A stretch of 64,000 nt of DNA from a virus, in the IMG/VR virus record IMGVR_UViG_3300031951_009873, positions 16,475-80,474 of that record. One strand, written 5' to 3'. The translations under genes and the position numbers were made by a program. The notes under the pieces were generated by a model, which saw only the letters and a list, made by a program, of their open reading frames with translations, had not been told where the DNA came from and made no database searches. This document shows positions 1 through 9,661 of the stretch, piece after piece; within the stretch, counting starts at the first letter, position 1, and each line of letters opens with the position of its first letter.

Positions 1-2
1 TT

Positions 3-905
3 GATAAGCATAAATTTAATAAAAACAAAATAATTTTTATAACTAATACTTCTAACATAAAAGAAATTTATGAAAATTATTTAAAAAAGTCACAATTATA
101 TTCATTTATGATTTGTGAGTCCATTAACTTTTACATTAGTGGTGAACCTGGTAAAAATATTGTACGGTATGAAAACACCACTAAAAACTATCTAGTAGAT
201 AAGATAGTAGAACATGATATGGAGTATTCCTTGGATATGTCTCCATCAAGTAATCTACGCAATAAACACTTCTTATGTATGAACAGAAATAGTGGTAGAC
301 TGCATAGACCCAAATTAATATTAAAATTAATACAAGAAGGAATATTTGATAAAGGATTGTCGTCTTTATTAAGGTCCGACGAATTTAATAGATTCTGCGA
401 AAAACCAGAAAATATAGATTATAAAACTAATATAAAAGAAAAGTATCCATTTGTGATAGATTATGAAAACGCAGATTATGTTGCGGGTATGCACAATTAT
501 TTCACAAAAAAAGAAATGTGGAATGATACTTACTTCTCGATAGTAGCAGAAAGTTGTATAGAAACAGGTCCGGTGTTTATTACAGAAAAGGTAGTAAGAC
601 CTATGATATATTTTCATCCGTTTATAGTTTATGGTAATCCAAACACGTTGTCAGAACTACGTAAACTAGGATTTAAAACTTTCCCAGAATTTTTTGATGA
701 AAGTTATGATTTAATTGAGAACGAAGATGAACGTTTATCAATGATTGTAGAAAATATAAAGCGTATAAGTAATATGACATTGGAAGATGTACATAAGTTA
801 TATAACTCTGTATATCCAAAATTAGTCCACAACAGAAATTTGTTAGCTAAAATGGCAAAAGATAATTTTGTTGGTAACAAGTTTTTAGATACTATAAATT
901 TATGA
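3..905 (+). CDS. GT10 (fucosyltransferase)-like putative glycosyltransferase, paralogue 1 (5'-truncated by window edge)
   Basis: Frame is open from position 3 to the ATG at 108. C-terminal motif ESC..FITEKVVRPMIYFHPFIVYG...GFKTF..FFDESYD is shared with four other ORFs and resembles the GT10 'ENS..Y.TEK' motif. Confidence 0.6.
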   Translation, partial: DKHKFNKNKIIFITNTSNIKEIYENYLKKSQLYSFMICESINFYISGEPGKNIVRYENTTKNYLVDKIVEHDMEYSLDMSPSSNLRNKHFLCMNRNSGRLHRPKLILKLIQEGIFDKGLSSLLRSDEFNRFCEKPENIDYKTNIKEKYPFVIDYENADYVAGMHNYFTKKEMWNDTYFSIVAESCIETGPVFITEKVVRPMIYFHPFIVYGNPNTLSELRKLGFKTFPEFFDESYDLIENEDERLSMIVENIKRISNMTLEDVHKLYNSVYPKLVHNRNLLAKMAKDNFVGNKFLDTINL

Positions 906-2335
906 AAGACATTTTTTTAGTGCATGATTATATAACACCGTATGGTGAGTTGGAAAACGGTTTGAATTTTGATTATTTTTATTCTTATATTGAAAAGGAT
1001 TTCAACAAATACCACGACATCATAGCCGATTTACAAAAAAAATATTACGATGGTGTCTCTGTATGGATTGGACAAGGTACTATCTCGTATGCAGTAAAGG
1101 AAGAACTATCCACATATGATGTATTTGCAAATAATCATAAAACCGATGGTGTGTATCTATATCCTATATCTCCATTTGGTGGAGCTAGTTGTGCGTTTGG
1201 AATAAACCATAGTTTACACCAGAACAGGTCATTTTTCTTTTTCATACCAGAGAAAACAAAATACTTAATTAGAACTTTAGAAAATTTCTACTTATTTATA
1301 AATTATTCCAACGAAGGTACGTTGGATACTAATTTTTTTGAAGTAATATATAAAGATGCAGAAGAATTCAATATTCCGTTCGAAAAAATAATATTCTGTA
1401 TATCTGATTATGATATAAAAATGAGTTTCGATGCTTGGTATCAAGGATATAAAAACAGACCAGATGTAAGTTCAAACATATCCAAAATCAAGATTTTGTA
1501 TCACACATGGTCATTGAGAGACAAGGCAAAGGAGTTTAAAAAAATATTAAACAACGAGGCCACGGTATTTAATCACAATAAAAACAAATGTACAGTCGTA
1601 ACAAAAGAAGAAGTTACAGACAAAATTGTTAGACAAAAACGATTTTTAATGTTGAATAGAAGATTAAGACCGCATAGGTTATACTCTATATTACTATGCA
1701 GCCATTTGAATTTGCTAAACGAGTTTTATATTTCTTATGATTTAAACAATATGGAAGTGTTTGAATTAGAAAAATCAATGTATACAACCGACCATCTTAA
1801 AAATGAATTTCCATTTGAATTAGTAGAAGAAGAATACAAAAAATTAAAGATGACAGCTCCGGTTAGTACGCTAGATTTTAAAAATTTACAAGATGTGTGG
1901 GGATTTAATTTTGAAGATAAACGAATTTATCAGCAATCATACATACACATAACTTCGGAAACTAATTTTTTTGAAAATGGTGGATATTTTTCTGAAAAGA
2001 CATGGAAACCCATCGGCCATCTCCAACCGTTCATTTTTCTTGGACCAGCAAATGGATTAAAAGAAATTAAAAAGTTAGGATTTAAAACATTTTCTCCATT
2101 TATAGATGAAAGTTATGATGAAGAAAGAAATAATGCAAAACGATTTAAAATGATAATAAATGAAATAGAAAGATTAGCAAAATTGCCATTAGAAGAAATT
2201 CATAATTGGTATCATTCTATTTTTGAAGATATTTTAATATATAATCAAGAGTTGTTTATACAATATGAAAATGATGACTTGATGAAAAATTTTTTCACTA
2301 AAAATCTGTTTGAGGTCTTGGATGTTAACACCTAA
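902..2335 (+). CDS. GT10-like putative glycosyltransferase, paralogue 2
   Basis: FLMLNRRLRPHR and ETNF..FSEKTWKPIGHLQPFIFLG..GFKTF..FIDESYD motifs. Confidence 0.6.
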   Translation: MKDIFLVHDYITPYGELENGLNFDYFYSYIEKDFNKYHDIIADLQKKYYDGVSVWIGQGTISYAVKEELSTYDVFANNHKTDGVYLYPISPFGGASCAFGINHSLHQNRSFFFFIPEKTKYLIRTLENFYLFINYSNEGTLDTNFFEVIYKDAEEFNIPFEKIIFCISDYDIKMSFDAWYQGYKNRPDVSSNISKIKILYHTWSLRDKAKEFKKILNNEATVFNHNKNKCTVVTKEEVTDKIVRQKRFLMLNRRLRPHRLYSILLCSHLNLLNEFYISYDLNNMEVFELEKSMYTTDHLKNEFPFELVEEEYKKLKMTAPVSTLDFKNLQDVWGFNFEDKRIYQQSYIHITSETNFFENGGYFSEKTWKPIGHLQPFIFLGPANGLKEIKKLGFKTFSPFIDESYDEERNNAKRFKMIINEIERLAKLPLEEIHNWYHSIFEDILIYNQELFIQYENDDLMKNFFTKNLFEVLDVNT

Positions 2336-3329
2336 TGTAAATAATGAATGGGGACAACTTAAAAAAATAATACTGGGAAGTTCTTTCGGTGCGCAAATTC
2401 CTACTACGAAGGATAAAGGACTGCATTGTGTAGATTACGCTCATTATACTGATGAAGAGTTTTCTACAATACCAACTGGTTCATATCCATTACAAGTCTT
2501 AGAAGAAACACAACAAGACTTAATGCAGATAGAACAAATTTTAACTGGATTGGGAGTCGAGGTATATCGTCCACCCTCTATTCCGAAAAATAGACCATTT
2601 AATGACTCGTATTATGATTATTGTCCACGGGATTCTATGTTGGTAATTAAAGATAAAGTTATAGCTACTCCTATGACATTACGTCAACGAAGAGATGAAG
2701 CGGACAAATACAGACAACTATTTACGCCGGAAAGTTGGGTAACCTTTCCAAAACCAGTTGCAGATGATAGCTTATATGACCGTAGTGATTTGTCGAGAAG
2801 TACGTTGATGAATACTGAGCCCGTATTTGATGCAGCAAACGTACTTAAAGCAAACTATGATTTATTATACTTGGTATCAAATACTGGAAACAAGGCTGGA
2901 GCTGAATATTTACAAAATTGGTTACACGACAACATATCAGAACACTATAGAGTACATCTTGCAGAGAATATATACGCATATATTCATATAGACACCACGT
3001 TTGTTTTCTTACGAGAGGGGTTGGTATTGACAAACCCAGCTAGAGTTAATGTAAACAACATGCCAGATTTTCTAAGAAGATGGGATGTATTAAATGCATC
3101 GGAACCATATCCGACTCAAGTTATGTCAGATTGGTGTCCGGCGTCACCGTGGTTAGGTATGAATATTTTGTCTATTAATGAAAAACTGGTTATGGTAGAA
3201 GAACACCAGATTATGTTAATGAAAATGTTAAAAAAGTTTGGAATTGAGTCAATACCAGTTAAATTACGCCACGCAAGAACATTAAGCGGCGGTCCTCACT
3301 GTATTACATTGGATATTGAAAGAGAGTAA
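2322..3329 (+). CDS. Amidinotransferase (glycine / inosamine-phosphate amidinotransferase family)
   Basis: NEWGQLK, YCPRD, VFDAAN (Asp), IHIDTT (His) and LSGGPHCITLD (Cys) catalytic motifs. ATG at 2322 preferred over the TTG at 2310. Confidence 0.92.
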   Translation: MLTPNVNNEWGQLKKIILGSSFGAQIPTTKDKGLHCVDYAHYTDEEFSTIPTGSYPLQVLEETQQDLMQIEQILTGLGVEVYRPPSIPKNRPFNDSYYDYCPRDSMLVIKDKVIATPMTLRQRRDEADKYRQLFTPESWVTFPKPVADDSLYDRSDLSRSTLMNTEPVFDAANVLKANYDLLYLVSNTGNKAGAEYLQNWLHDNISEHYRVHLAENIYAYIHIDTTFVFLREGLVLTNPARVNVNNMPDFLRRWDVLNASEPYPTQVMSDWCPASPWLGMNILSINEKLVMVEEHQIMLMKMLKKFGIESIPVKLRHARTLSGGPHCITLDIERE

Positions 3330-3333
3330 CCCC

Positions 3334-3362
3334 TTGACATATTTACAAAAAAGTATTATAAT
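3334..3362 (+). promoter_or_regulatory. Sigma70-type promoter (perfect consensus)
   Basis: TTGACA (3334-3339) - 17 nt - TATAAT (3357-3362), then AAGGAGG RBS before ATG 3391. Confidence 0.9.
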
Positions 3363-3390
3363 TAATTAACCTTTAAGGAGGGTAAGTGTT

Positions 3391-4173
3391 ATGAAAGAAT
3401 GGAAGTATATAACGACAGAAGAACAACAGCAAATGTTATTCGCATGGCGGTACATTGGTTTCGTTAATTTGGAACTTTTGACCGAAGAAGAAGTAGACGA
3501 AATAAACGAAGAAATGGATACACTTCGCCGTGCAAGAACAGGAACTACTTCACCCGATGGAAAGGTTTGGGGAGAATGGGATCCATTCTCATATCCACAC
3601 AAGTTATCTCCTAAATTAGCAAAGTTGTATTCACACCCAAAGATTCTTGAAGCATCAGAATTCTTAATGGGAACAGAAATCATCGGTATGCAAAGTTGGG
3701 GATATTTCAAGCCACCCGGACAGCTCGGACGGGATATGCATCAAAACGCATTCTATACTAAGTGTGGCCCAAATGAAATCATCAATGTGGCTATTGCACT
3801 AGATAACCATGACCCTGTGAATGGTGCGGTATGGAATTACGAAGGTTCGCATCTTCTCCCAGTACTTCCAATCGAAGTTGATGAAGAACGGACAAAGACC
3901 AATCCAGCATTCTGGCACAATGAACGCGGTAAGCCTTGTGTAATGCCAGAAGGACATGGGTTCCGAAAGATTGAAGGTTTCCAACGAAAGGGAACGATGA
4001 CTCTTCTTCACTCCCACGTTGTCCATGGCTCTGAACCAAATGTATCAAATAGAATGCGCCGTAACTTCATCGGCGGTTATTTGAAGAAGGGAGCACCTTT
4101 CGCTTCTGGAAATCAAATGAAGCGTGAACCAATCGATATGTACGCAATGCGAAGGGAGCATTGGGGGTTCTAA
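3391..4173 (+). CDS. PhyH-family 2OG-Fe(II) dioxygenase with atypical HxN motif
   Basis: YFKPPG..RDMHQN, IALD..D..NG, distal H in HVVHGS.PN.S.R.RR. Confidence 0.85.
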   Translation: MKEWKYITTEEQQQMLFAWRYIGFVNLELLTEEEVDEINEEMDTLRRARTGTTSPDGKVWGEWDPFSYPHKLSPKLAKLYSHPKILEASEFLMGTEIIGMQSWGYFKPPGQLGRDMHQNAFYTKCGPNEIINVAIALDNHDPVNGAVWNYEGSHLLPVLPIEVDEERTKTNPAFWHNERGKPCVMPEGHGFRKIEGFQRKGTMTLLHSHVVHGSEPNVSNRMRRNFIGGYLKKGAPFASGNQMKREPIDMYAMRREHWGF

Positions 4174-4174
4174 A

Positions 4175-5143
4175 GTGAAAGTATTATTAACTGGTGGTGC
4201 TGGTTATTTAGGTTCTATAATCACCAACAAGCTACTTAATGACGGATACGCGGTGACTGTGTTAGACTCTTTGGAGTTTAACCAGCTATCGCTGCTTCCG
4301 TATGTCAAAAATAAAAACTTTACTTTTATTTACGGTGATGCTAGAAATAAAACCATCCTTAAAAAATTAATAGAATCACACGATGTAATCATCCCGCTAG
4401 CAGCAAGAGTAGGATTTCCAGCGTGCGATGCTGACCCTCTTACCGCAACGCAACTGAATTACGAACAAATCGTTGATGTGGTTAAGTTTGCAGATGGTAA
4501 AGCTAAGATACTATTCCCAAATACTAATAGTGGATATGGAGTGGCAGAGGGTGGACAGGTTTGTAAAGAAACTAGTCCACTCAATCCTATTTCTCACTAT
4601 GGAGTAACTAAGGTAAACGCAGAACGATTCTTATTACAGAATAGTGATGCTATATGCTTTAGACTCGCTACTGTATTTGGTCCATCCCCACGAATGAGAA
4701 CCGATTTGCTGGTGAATGAATTCGTGTATAAAGCCATAACTGACAAATATATTGTATTGTTTGAACCACACTTCAAGAGAAATTACATTCATATTGAAGA
4801 TGTGGCAAATGTATTTTCATTTATGTTAGCAAATTATGACACACATAAGAACGAAGTATTCAATGTAGGATTATCTGATGCTAACTTGTCAAAGTTGGAA
4901 TTAGTTAATCTGATTAAAAAATATGTTCCAGATTTTGCTATAAGTGTTTCTGATTATTACGAAGACCCAGACAAGCGGGATTACATCGTATCTAACGAAA
5001 AGATTGAAGCAACCGGATGGCGTCCACAATATAGTATTGATGATGGTATCGTGGAACTTATTAACACATATAGAATGATTGTTCCTAGAATGTCATCTGA
5101 ATTTAGAAACGGATTTCCATTGGGATACGCAAACAATCTCTAA
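4175..5143 (+). CDS. NAD-dependent sugar epimerase/dehydratase (extended SDR)
   Basis: TGGAGYLG, YGVTK (YxxxK), RLATVFG. GTG start at 4175 follows the upstream stop. Confidence 0.9.
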   Translation: MKVLLTGGAGYLGSIITNKLLNDGYAVTVLDSLEFNQLSLLPYVKNKNFTFIYGDARNKTILKKLIESHDVIIPLAARVGFPACDADPLTATQLNYEQIVDVVKFADGKAKILFPNTNSGYGVAEGGQVCKETSPLNPISHYGVTKVNAERFLLQNSDAICFRLATVFGPSPRMRTDLLVNEFVYKAITDKYIVLFEPHFKRNYIHIEDVANVFSFMLANYDTHKNEVFNVGLSDANLSKLELVNLIKKYVPDFAISVSDYYEDPDKRDYIVSNEKIEATGWRPQYSIDDGIVELINTYRMIVPRMSSEFRNGFPLGYANNL

Positions 5144-5144
5144 T

Positions 5145-5696
5145 ATGAACTATAAATATACTCGCTGGAATGACTTTGAGGTTCGTCCATCAAAAGTATT
5201 TGGTGACGAAGTTCCTATGTTTTCTCCTACATCATATCAAGAATTTCGCGGGGAAATCTGGACCAGCTATCATTCTAAGTTCCATCCGATGAAGGATTAT
5301 ATTAGTTATATGACCGACCCCGTAATACACGATAGACATTCTCGGTCGTATAAAGGTGTATTGCGGGGACTACATTATGACCATAAAACTTGGAAAATGG
5401 TTCAGGCGCTAGTAGGTGACATTTATTTAGTGGTACTGGATGTTCGGGAAGATTCATTTACCTACGGAAAATGGGAATCATATATAATCTCAGAAGCCAA
5501 TAAAATGCAAGTACTTGTCCCACCTGGGTTCGCTAATGGCCATTATGCATTAACTGACTGTATATTTAGTTATAATTTATTTTATGACGGTGATTTTGTT
5601 GACGTAGATAAACAATTAGTTATCAAATGGAATGACCCCAAGTTTGGTATGGAATGGCCAACCTCTACCCCAATATTACAAAAACGTGATTCATAA
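5145..5696 (+). CDS. rmlC: dTDP-4-dehydrorhamnose 3,5-epimerase-like (RmlC cupin)
   Basis: SYKGVLRGLHY, VVLDVREDSFTYGKW, VPPGFANG, IKWNDP..GMEWP. Confidence 0.85.
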   Translation: MNYKYTRWNDFEVRPSKVFGDEVPMFSPTSYQEFRGEIWTSYHSKFHPMKDYISYMTDPVIHDRHSRSYKGVLRGLHYDHKTWKMVQALVGDIYLVVLDVREDSFTYGKWESYIISEANKMQVLVPPGFANGHYALTDCIFSYNLFYDGDFVDVDKQLVIKWNDPKFGMEWPTSTPILQKRDS

Positions 5697-6406
5697 TGAA
5701 AAGGTACAATCATGTATTATCTTTCGGATGTAGTTTTACCGAAGGTGGTGGGCTGGACTCACCAGAACATTATAGATATGTAAAAGGTAATTGTAATATA
5801 GGAAAAAGTACACTAAAAACATATATGTCGGACCACGCATATCCAGCGGTTTTAGCAAAACAATTAAAATGCGTTCACACAAATAAAAGTATTTCTCGTG
5901 CATCAAATGAATTAATTTTCAAAACTTTGTATGAAAATACAAAAAATATTTTTGATGGAACTGGATTATTAGTAACAATACAAACAACTATATTATCTAG
6001 ATTACTATTATACCTTGAAGATAATAAGCAATTTCAGACGGTTAATGGATTGTATGGTCCCGATTATATTCAACAATACTATGAACTATACATAAAACAT
6101 TTTTATAACGCAAAAATTGAATACGCAAAATTATTACAAAATATAGATGTGTACAGTCAGTATTTAAAAAATAAAAATATAGATTTTGTTTGGTTGTTAG
6201 GGGACACAGACGGAGAACCAGTGGTAGCAAACAAATATACGATACCATTTGAACATGAAAGTTTACTGTCATTTATCAGTAGTAATAAATTAAGAATATG
6301 CGATTTACCTAATAACCCGTTCGTTGATTATCATATTTCTGAACGTGGCCACGAAGTAGTTTCAGAAAAAATAATAAAGCATTTAGAGGAATATTATGGT
6401 TACTAA
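5696..6406 (+). CDS. SGNH/GDSL hydrolase-like protein, paralogue 1
   Basis: N-terminal FGCSFTEG, ASN block, C-terminal DYH. Confidence 0.65.
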   Translation: MKRYNHVLSFGCSFTEGGGLDSPEHYRYVKGNCNIGKSTLKTYMSDHAYPAVLAKQLKCVHTNKSISRASNELIFKTLYENTKNIFDGTGLLVTIQTTILSRLLLYLEDNKQFQTVNGLYGPDYIQQYYELYIKHFYNAKIEYAKLLQNIDVYSQYLKNKNIDFVWLLGDTDGEPVVANKYTIPFEHESLLSFISSNKLRICDLPNNPFVDYHISERGHEVVSEKIIKHLEEYYGY

Positions 6407-7028
6407 TTTAGAAAAATATCCAGTAGTCAGAGACATTTTACATACAACCGACGATTTAATTTTATTTGAAGATAAAATTGTACAGCATTGGGAAGATGGT
6501 AAGATTCGTGGTCCTGTTCATCTTTCGAATGGAAACGAAAGTCAGCTTATAGATATTTTCAAACGTATTAAAACAACTGATTGGGTATTCTCAACATGGC
6601 GTTCACACTATCATGCCCTACTCAAAGGAATCTCACCAGAGTGGATTGAATCGGAAATTCTTCAAGGTAAATCAATTACGCTATGTAATATAGATGAAAA
6701 GTTTTATTCTTCTGCCATAGTCGGAGGAACTCTTTCTATCGCTCTAGGTGTAGCCACGGCTATCAAGCGTGACGGCGGGAATGACAAGGTGTGGTGCTTT
6801 ATTGGTGATATGTCGTTTGAAAGTGGTATATTCTATGAAGTTCATAAGTACGCCAGAAACTTTGGATTACCATTATATTTTATTGTAGAAGATAATCATG
6901 TTTCTACTAATACACCAACAGAAGCCACTTGGAATTATACCCTACGGGATATTCCAGAGGATGTTATTTATTATAATTACAAGTCAAAATATCCTCATTA
7001 CGGCACTGGAAAATGGGTAGTGTTTTGA
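6396..7028 (+). CDS. TPP-dependent enzyme, PDH/acetoin-dehydrogenase E1 alpha-like (short form)
   Basis: GPVHLS.G.E, STWRSHYHAL, SAIVGG, TPP motif GD..FESG..YE...EDN. Confidence 0.88.
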   Translation: MVTNLEKYPVVRDILHTTDDLILFEDKIVQHWEDGKIRGPVHLSNGNESQLIDIFKRIKTTDWVFSTWRSHYHALLKGISPEWIESEILQGKSITLCNIDEKFYSSAIVGGTLSIALGVATAIKRDGGNDKVWCFIGDMSFESGIFYEVHKYARNFGLPLYFIVEDNHVSTNTPTEATWNYTLRDIPEDVIYYNYKSKYPHYGTGKWVVF

Positions 7029-7032
7029 GTTT

Positions 7033-8232
7033 ATGCGGTATAATTCTGAACAGCACAACTTTAAAAAATTTATAAAAGAGTGGGATACTGACTCCGAATA
7101 TGTTTTATTTGGGGCAAGTAAAGAGTGCGTTCAGTTTATCAGAAGTTTGGATTTGTTGATGGGAGAAGGAACGCTAAAGATAAAGTATATAGTTGACCAT
7201 AATCTTAAGAGTTCTACGACAGTTGACAGTATACAAGAAATAAGTTCATTCTATCGGCAGTCCAAGAAAATAGATAACAAACGTAATAACTTAAGATTAG
7301 TTCATATAGATGACTTTAATGATTCCGAAGCAAAGGTCATTATTACAACTGACGAATTTAGAAACGAGTATAAAAAGTACTTAGGAGAAAGAAACATAAA
7401 ATTTACTTGGTACAAAAATATAGCAGCTATTTGGCCGTTCGAACATAAAAACAAAGTCCACATATTTCAGACAGACATATTGGTTACGGAACGCTGTAAC
7501 TTGAATTGTTCTCACTGTAATATGTTTATACCGCATTATGAAACCCCCACACATAGAGATGCGGATATTATGATAAATGATATTGATTTGTTATTTACTA
7601 AGGCAGATTATGTAAGTATACTTCATCTGGTCGGAGGAGAACCGTTTTTATATCCTAACATAGATGCTGTGATTAAGCATATAGTGTACAATTATATCAA
7701 TAGAATAGATAAGTTTATTATCACTACCAACGGCACGGTCACTCCAAAAGATACCACTATGCAATTATTACGAAATAGTGATGTAATATTGAGTGTCAGC
7801 GACTATTCCAATAAACTAGAAAAACTTAAGACCAAAGTAACCAAAAACATAGAGAATTACCAGAACAATAATATCACACATTATGTTCGAAATAATATAG
7901 AGTGGTATGATTTTGGTGATTTACGAGTAAAGAAAAACCTACCAGAAGATGAGTTAATACAACACTTTGATAGCTGTACAGCTCCGTTCCGTGGACTAAA
8001 TGAAGGTAAATTCTACTATTGTCACTTGAACACCAGCGCGGTATTAACTAAATTGTTCCCACAAAACAACAATGATTATGTAGACTTAAAGTCGGTATCT
8101 CGGGAAGATTTTCTAAAATTTGATTTGGGATATACAAATTTGGGATACATTACATTCTGTGATAACTGTAATGGATGTAATACTGGAATAAAAATACCAG
8201 TTAGCTATGAAAAACAAGGGGTACGTCAATGA
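7033..8232 (+). CDS. Radical SAM enzyme with N-terminal Rossmann-like domain
   Basis: CNLNCSHC, GGEP, TNGT, C-terminal CDNCNGC. Confidence 0.9.
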   Translation: MRYNSEQHNFKKFIKEWDTDSEYVLFGASKECVQFIRSLDLLMGEGTLKIKYIVDHNLKSSTTVDSIQEISSFYRQSKKIDNKRNNLRLVHIDDFNDSEAKVIITTDEFRNEYKKYLGERNIKFTWYKNIAAIWPFEHKNKVHIFQTDILVTERCNLNCSHCNMFIPHYETPTHRDADIMINDIDLLFTKADYVSILHLVGGEPFLYPNIDAVIKHIVYNYINRIDKFIITTNGTVTPKDTTMQLLRNSDVILSVSDYSNKLEKLKTKVTKNIENYQNNNITHYVRNNIEWYDFGDLRVKKNLPEDELIQHFDSCTAPFRGLNEGKFYYCHLNTSAVLTKLFPQNNNDYVDLKSVSREDFLKFDLGYTNLGYITFCDNCNGCNTGIKIPVSYEKQGVRQ

Positions 8233-8702
8233 TTGTTATAGTTGATATTGACGGTACGGTTGGTACCCATAAGAAAAGAACTGAGCTAGCGACAGATAGT
8301 AATGGAGTATTTGATTGGGATATTTTCTATGCTCACGAAAATGTTATGTCTGATGAACCTATTTGGCAAACCATTTACAATGTTCGCCGGTATAAAAGTC
8401 AAAATTTTAAGATAGTAATGTTTACCGCTAGACCTGAATTTGTAAGGCGTTCTACTGAGGAATGGTTAAACTTGTATGATATACCATTCGATGAGTTACA
8501 CATGCGGAGCGCTGAAGACCATAAGATACCCGCGGTAGAATTAAAAAAGAAAATGTATGAAGCGTTTATTGATGATAGGGTGTTTTGTGCGTTTGATGAC
8601 AGAGATGAAATAATAGAACTGTGGTCATCATATGGGATACCAACATTTAAAGTAGATTATGAAATCGATAGATTACCAAACAAAATTATTACTGAGAAGT
8701 AA
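8229..8702 (+). CDS. HAD-family phosphatase (T4 PNK 3'-phosphatase-domain-like)
   Basis: DIDGT, FTAR, K, FDDR HAD motifs; no kinase domain. Confidence 0.85.
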   Translation: MIVIVDIDGTVGTHKKRTELATDSNGVFDWDIFYAHENVMSDEPIWQTIYNVRRYKSQNFKIVMFTARPEFVRRSTEEWLNLYDIPFDELHMRSAEDHKIPAVELKKKMYEAFIDDRVFCAFDDRDEIIELWSSYGIPTFKVDYEIDRLPNKIITEK

Positions 8703-9660
8703 AGATTTGCGAAGCCCCAAATCATTTGAAGATTTGGGGTACATATATTTTGGACCTTTATTGTTTAATTTTTTTGTTTGGCTGAAACGTGAAGTAAATG
8801 GTTGCGATAAAATTTTGTTTAATTCCAGAGAAGGATTTTTTCTTGAACAAATGTATAAAATGTTTCAAGAAAAATACCAACTGCCAGAGTCAGTTTACTT
8901 TAAAACTTCAAGAAAACTTTCCTCTATGGCAGCATGTTTTACTAGAGAAGATATATACAAAACATTTGAATTACATAGATATTCTGGTCATCTATCCAAT
9001 TTATTGAGAGATAGGTTTGGAATCTGTCCTAAAGTTGAACATGATTATGTATTAGATACACACATTACTACTCCTTTTTTAGACAATTATATAGATGAAA
9101 TTTTGGATAAGGCTAAATACTTACGTAATGAATACAGTACATACATTAGTAGTATAGTAGCTAATTCTAAAGACATTGTAATGGTTGACAGTGGATATCA
9201 AGGAACCACACAATACTATATTCAAAAGGCATATGGGTTGACATTTAAAGGTAGATATTTTACTTTTAAAGGTAACGAATATTTGAAAAATGTGTCTGGA
9301 TTCTATGATTTTAAAACAACTATGTTGCCAAAAAATATTATATTTTTTGAATCAGTTTTTATAGATAATGTCGGTTCTTATATAGACATAGTAAACGGTC
9401 AATTTGTAAATGAAAAACTTGAGGAACAAGTTCAATTCTTTGAAGAGAAAAAAGAAATAGTTCTAGGAGCACAACGGTTTATAAAAGATATGTTAGAGAA
9501 TAACATAGATATTGAGTATAACTCAGCCACATACTCAGACTATCTGTTTAGTCTTATGTGTACGAAAGATTTTATCAAAAACGTAGAGTTGATGGACATT
9601 TTTTATCACGATAACTATTATACTAGAGATAGTATTAAAAAAGTAATTGCAAAGGACTAA
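8659..9660 (+). CDS. Putative glycan phosphoribosyltransferase (gPRT/CriT-like domain)
   Basis: GY..FGPLL..F..WL, FNSREG, YFKTSR, PRPP-loop-like VMVDSGYQGTTQ. Resembles the non-HAD half of polysaccharide-cluster HAD/PRT fusion proteins. Confidence 0.6.
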   Translation: MKSIDYQTKLLLRSKDLRSPKSFEDLGYIYFGPLLFNFFVWLKREVNGCDKILFNSREGFFLEQMYKMFQEKYQLPESVYFKTSRKLSSMAACFTREDIYKTFELHRYSGHLSNLLRDRFGICPKVEHDYVLDTHITTPFLDNYIDEILDKAKYLRNEYSTYISSIVANSKDIVMVDSGYQGTTQYYIQKAYGLTFKGRYFTFKGNEYLKNVSGFYDFKTTMLPKNIIFFESVFIDNVGSYIDIVNGQFVNEKLEEQVQFFEEKKEIVLGAQRFIKDMLENNIDIEYNSATYSDYLFSLMCTKDFIKNVELMDIFYHDNYYTRDSIKKVIAKD

Positions 9661-9661
9661 T

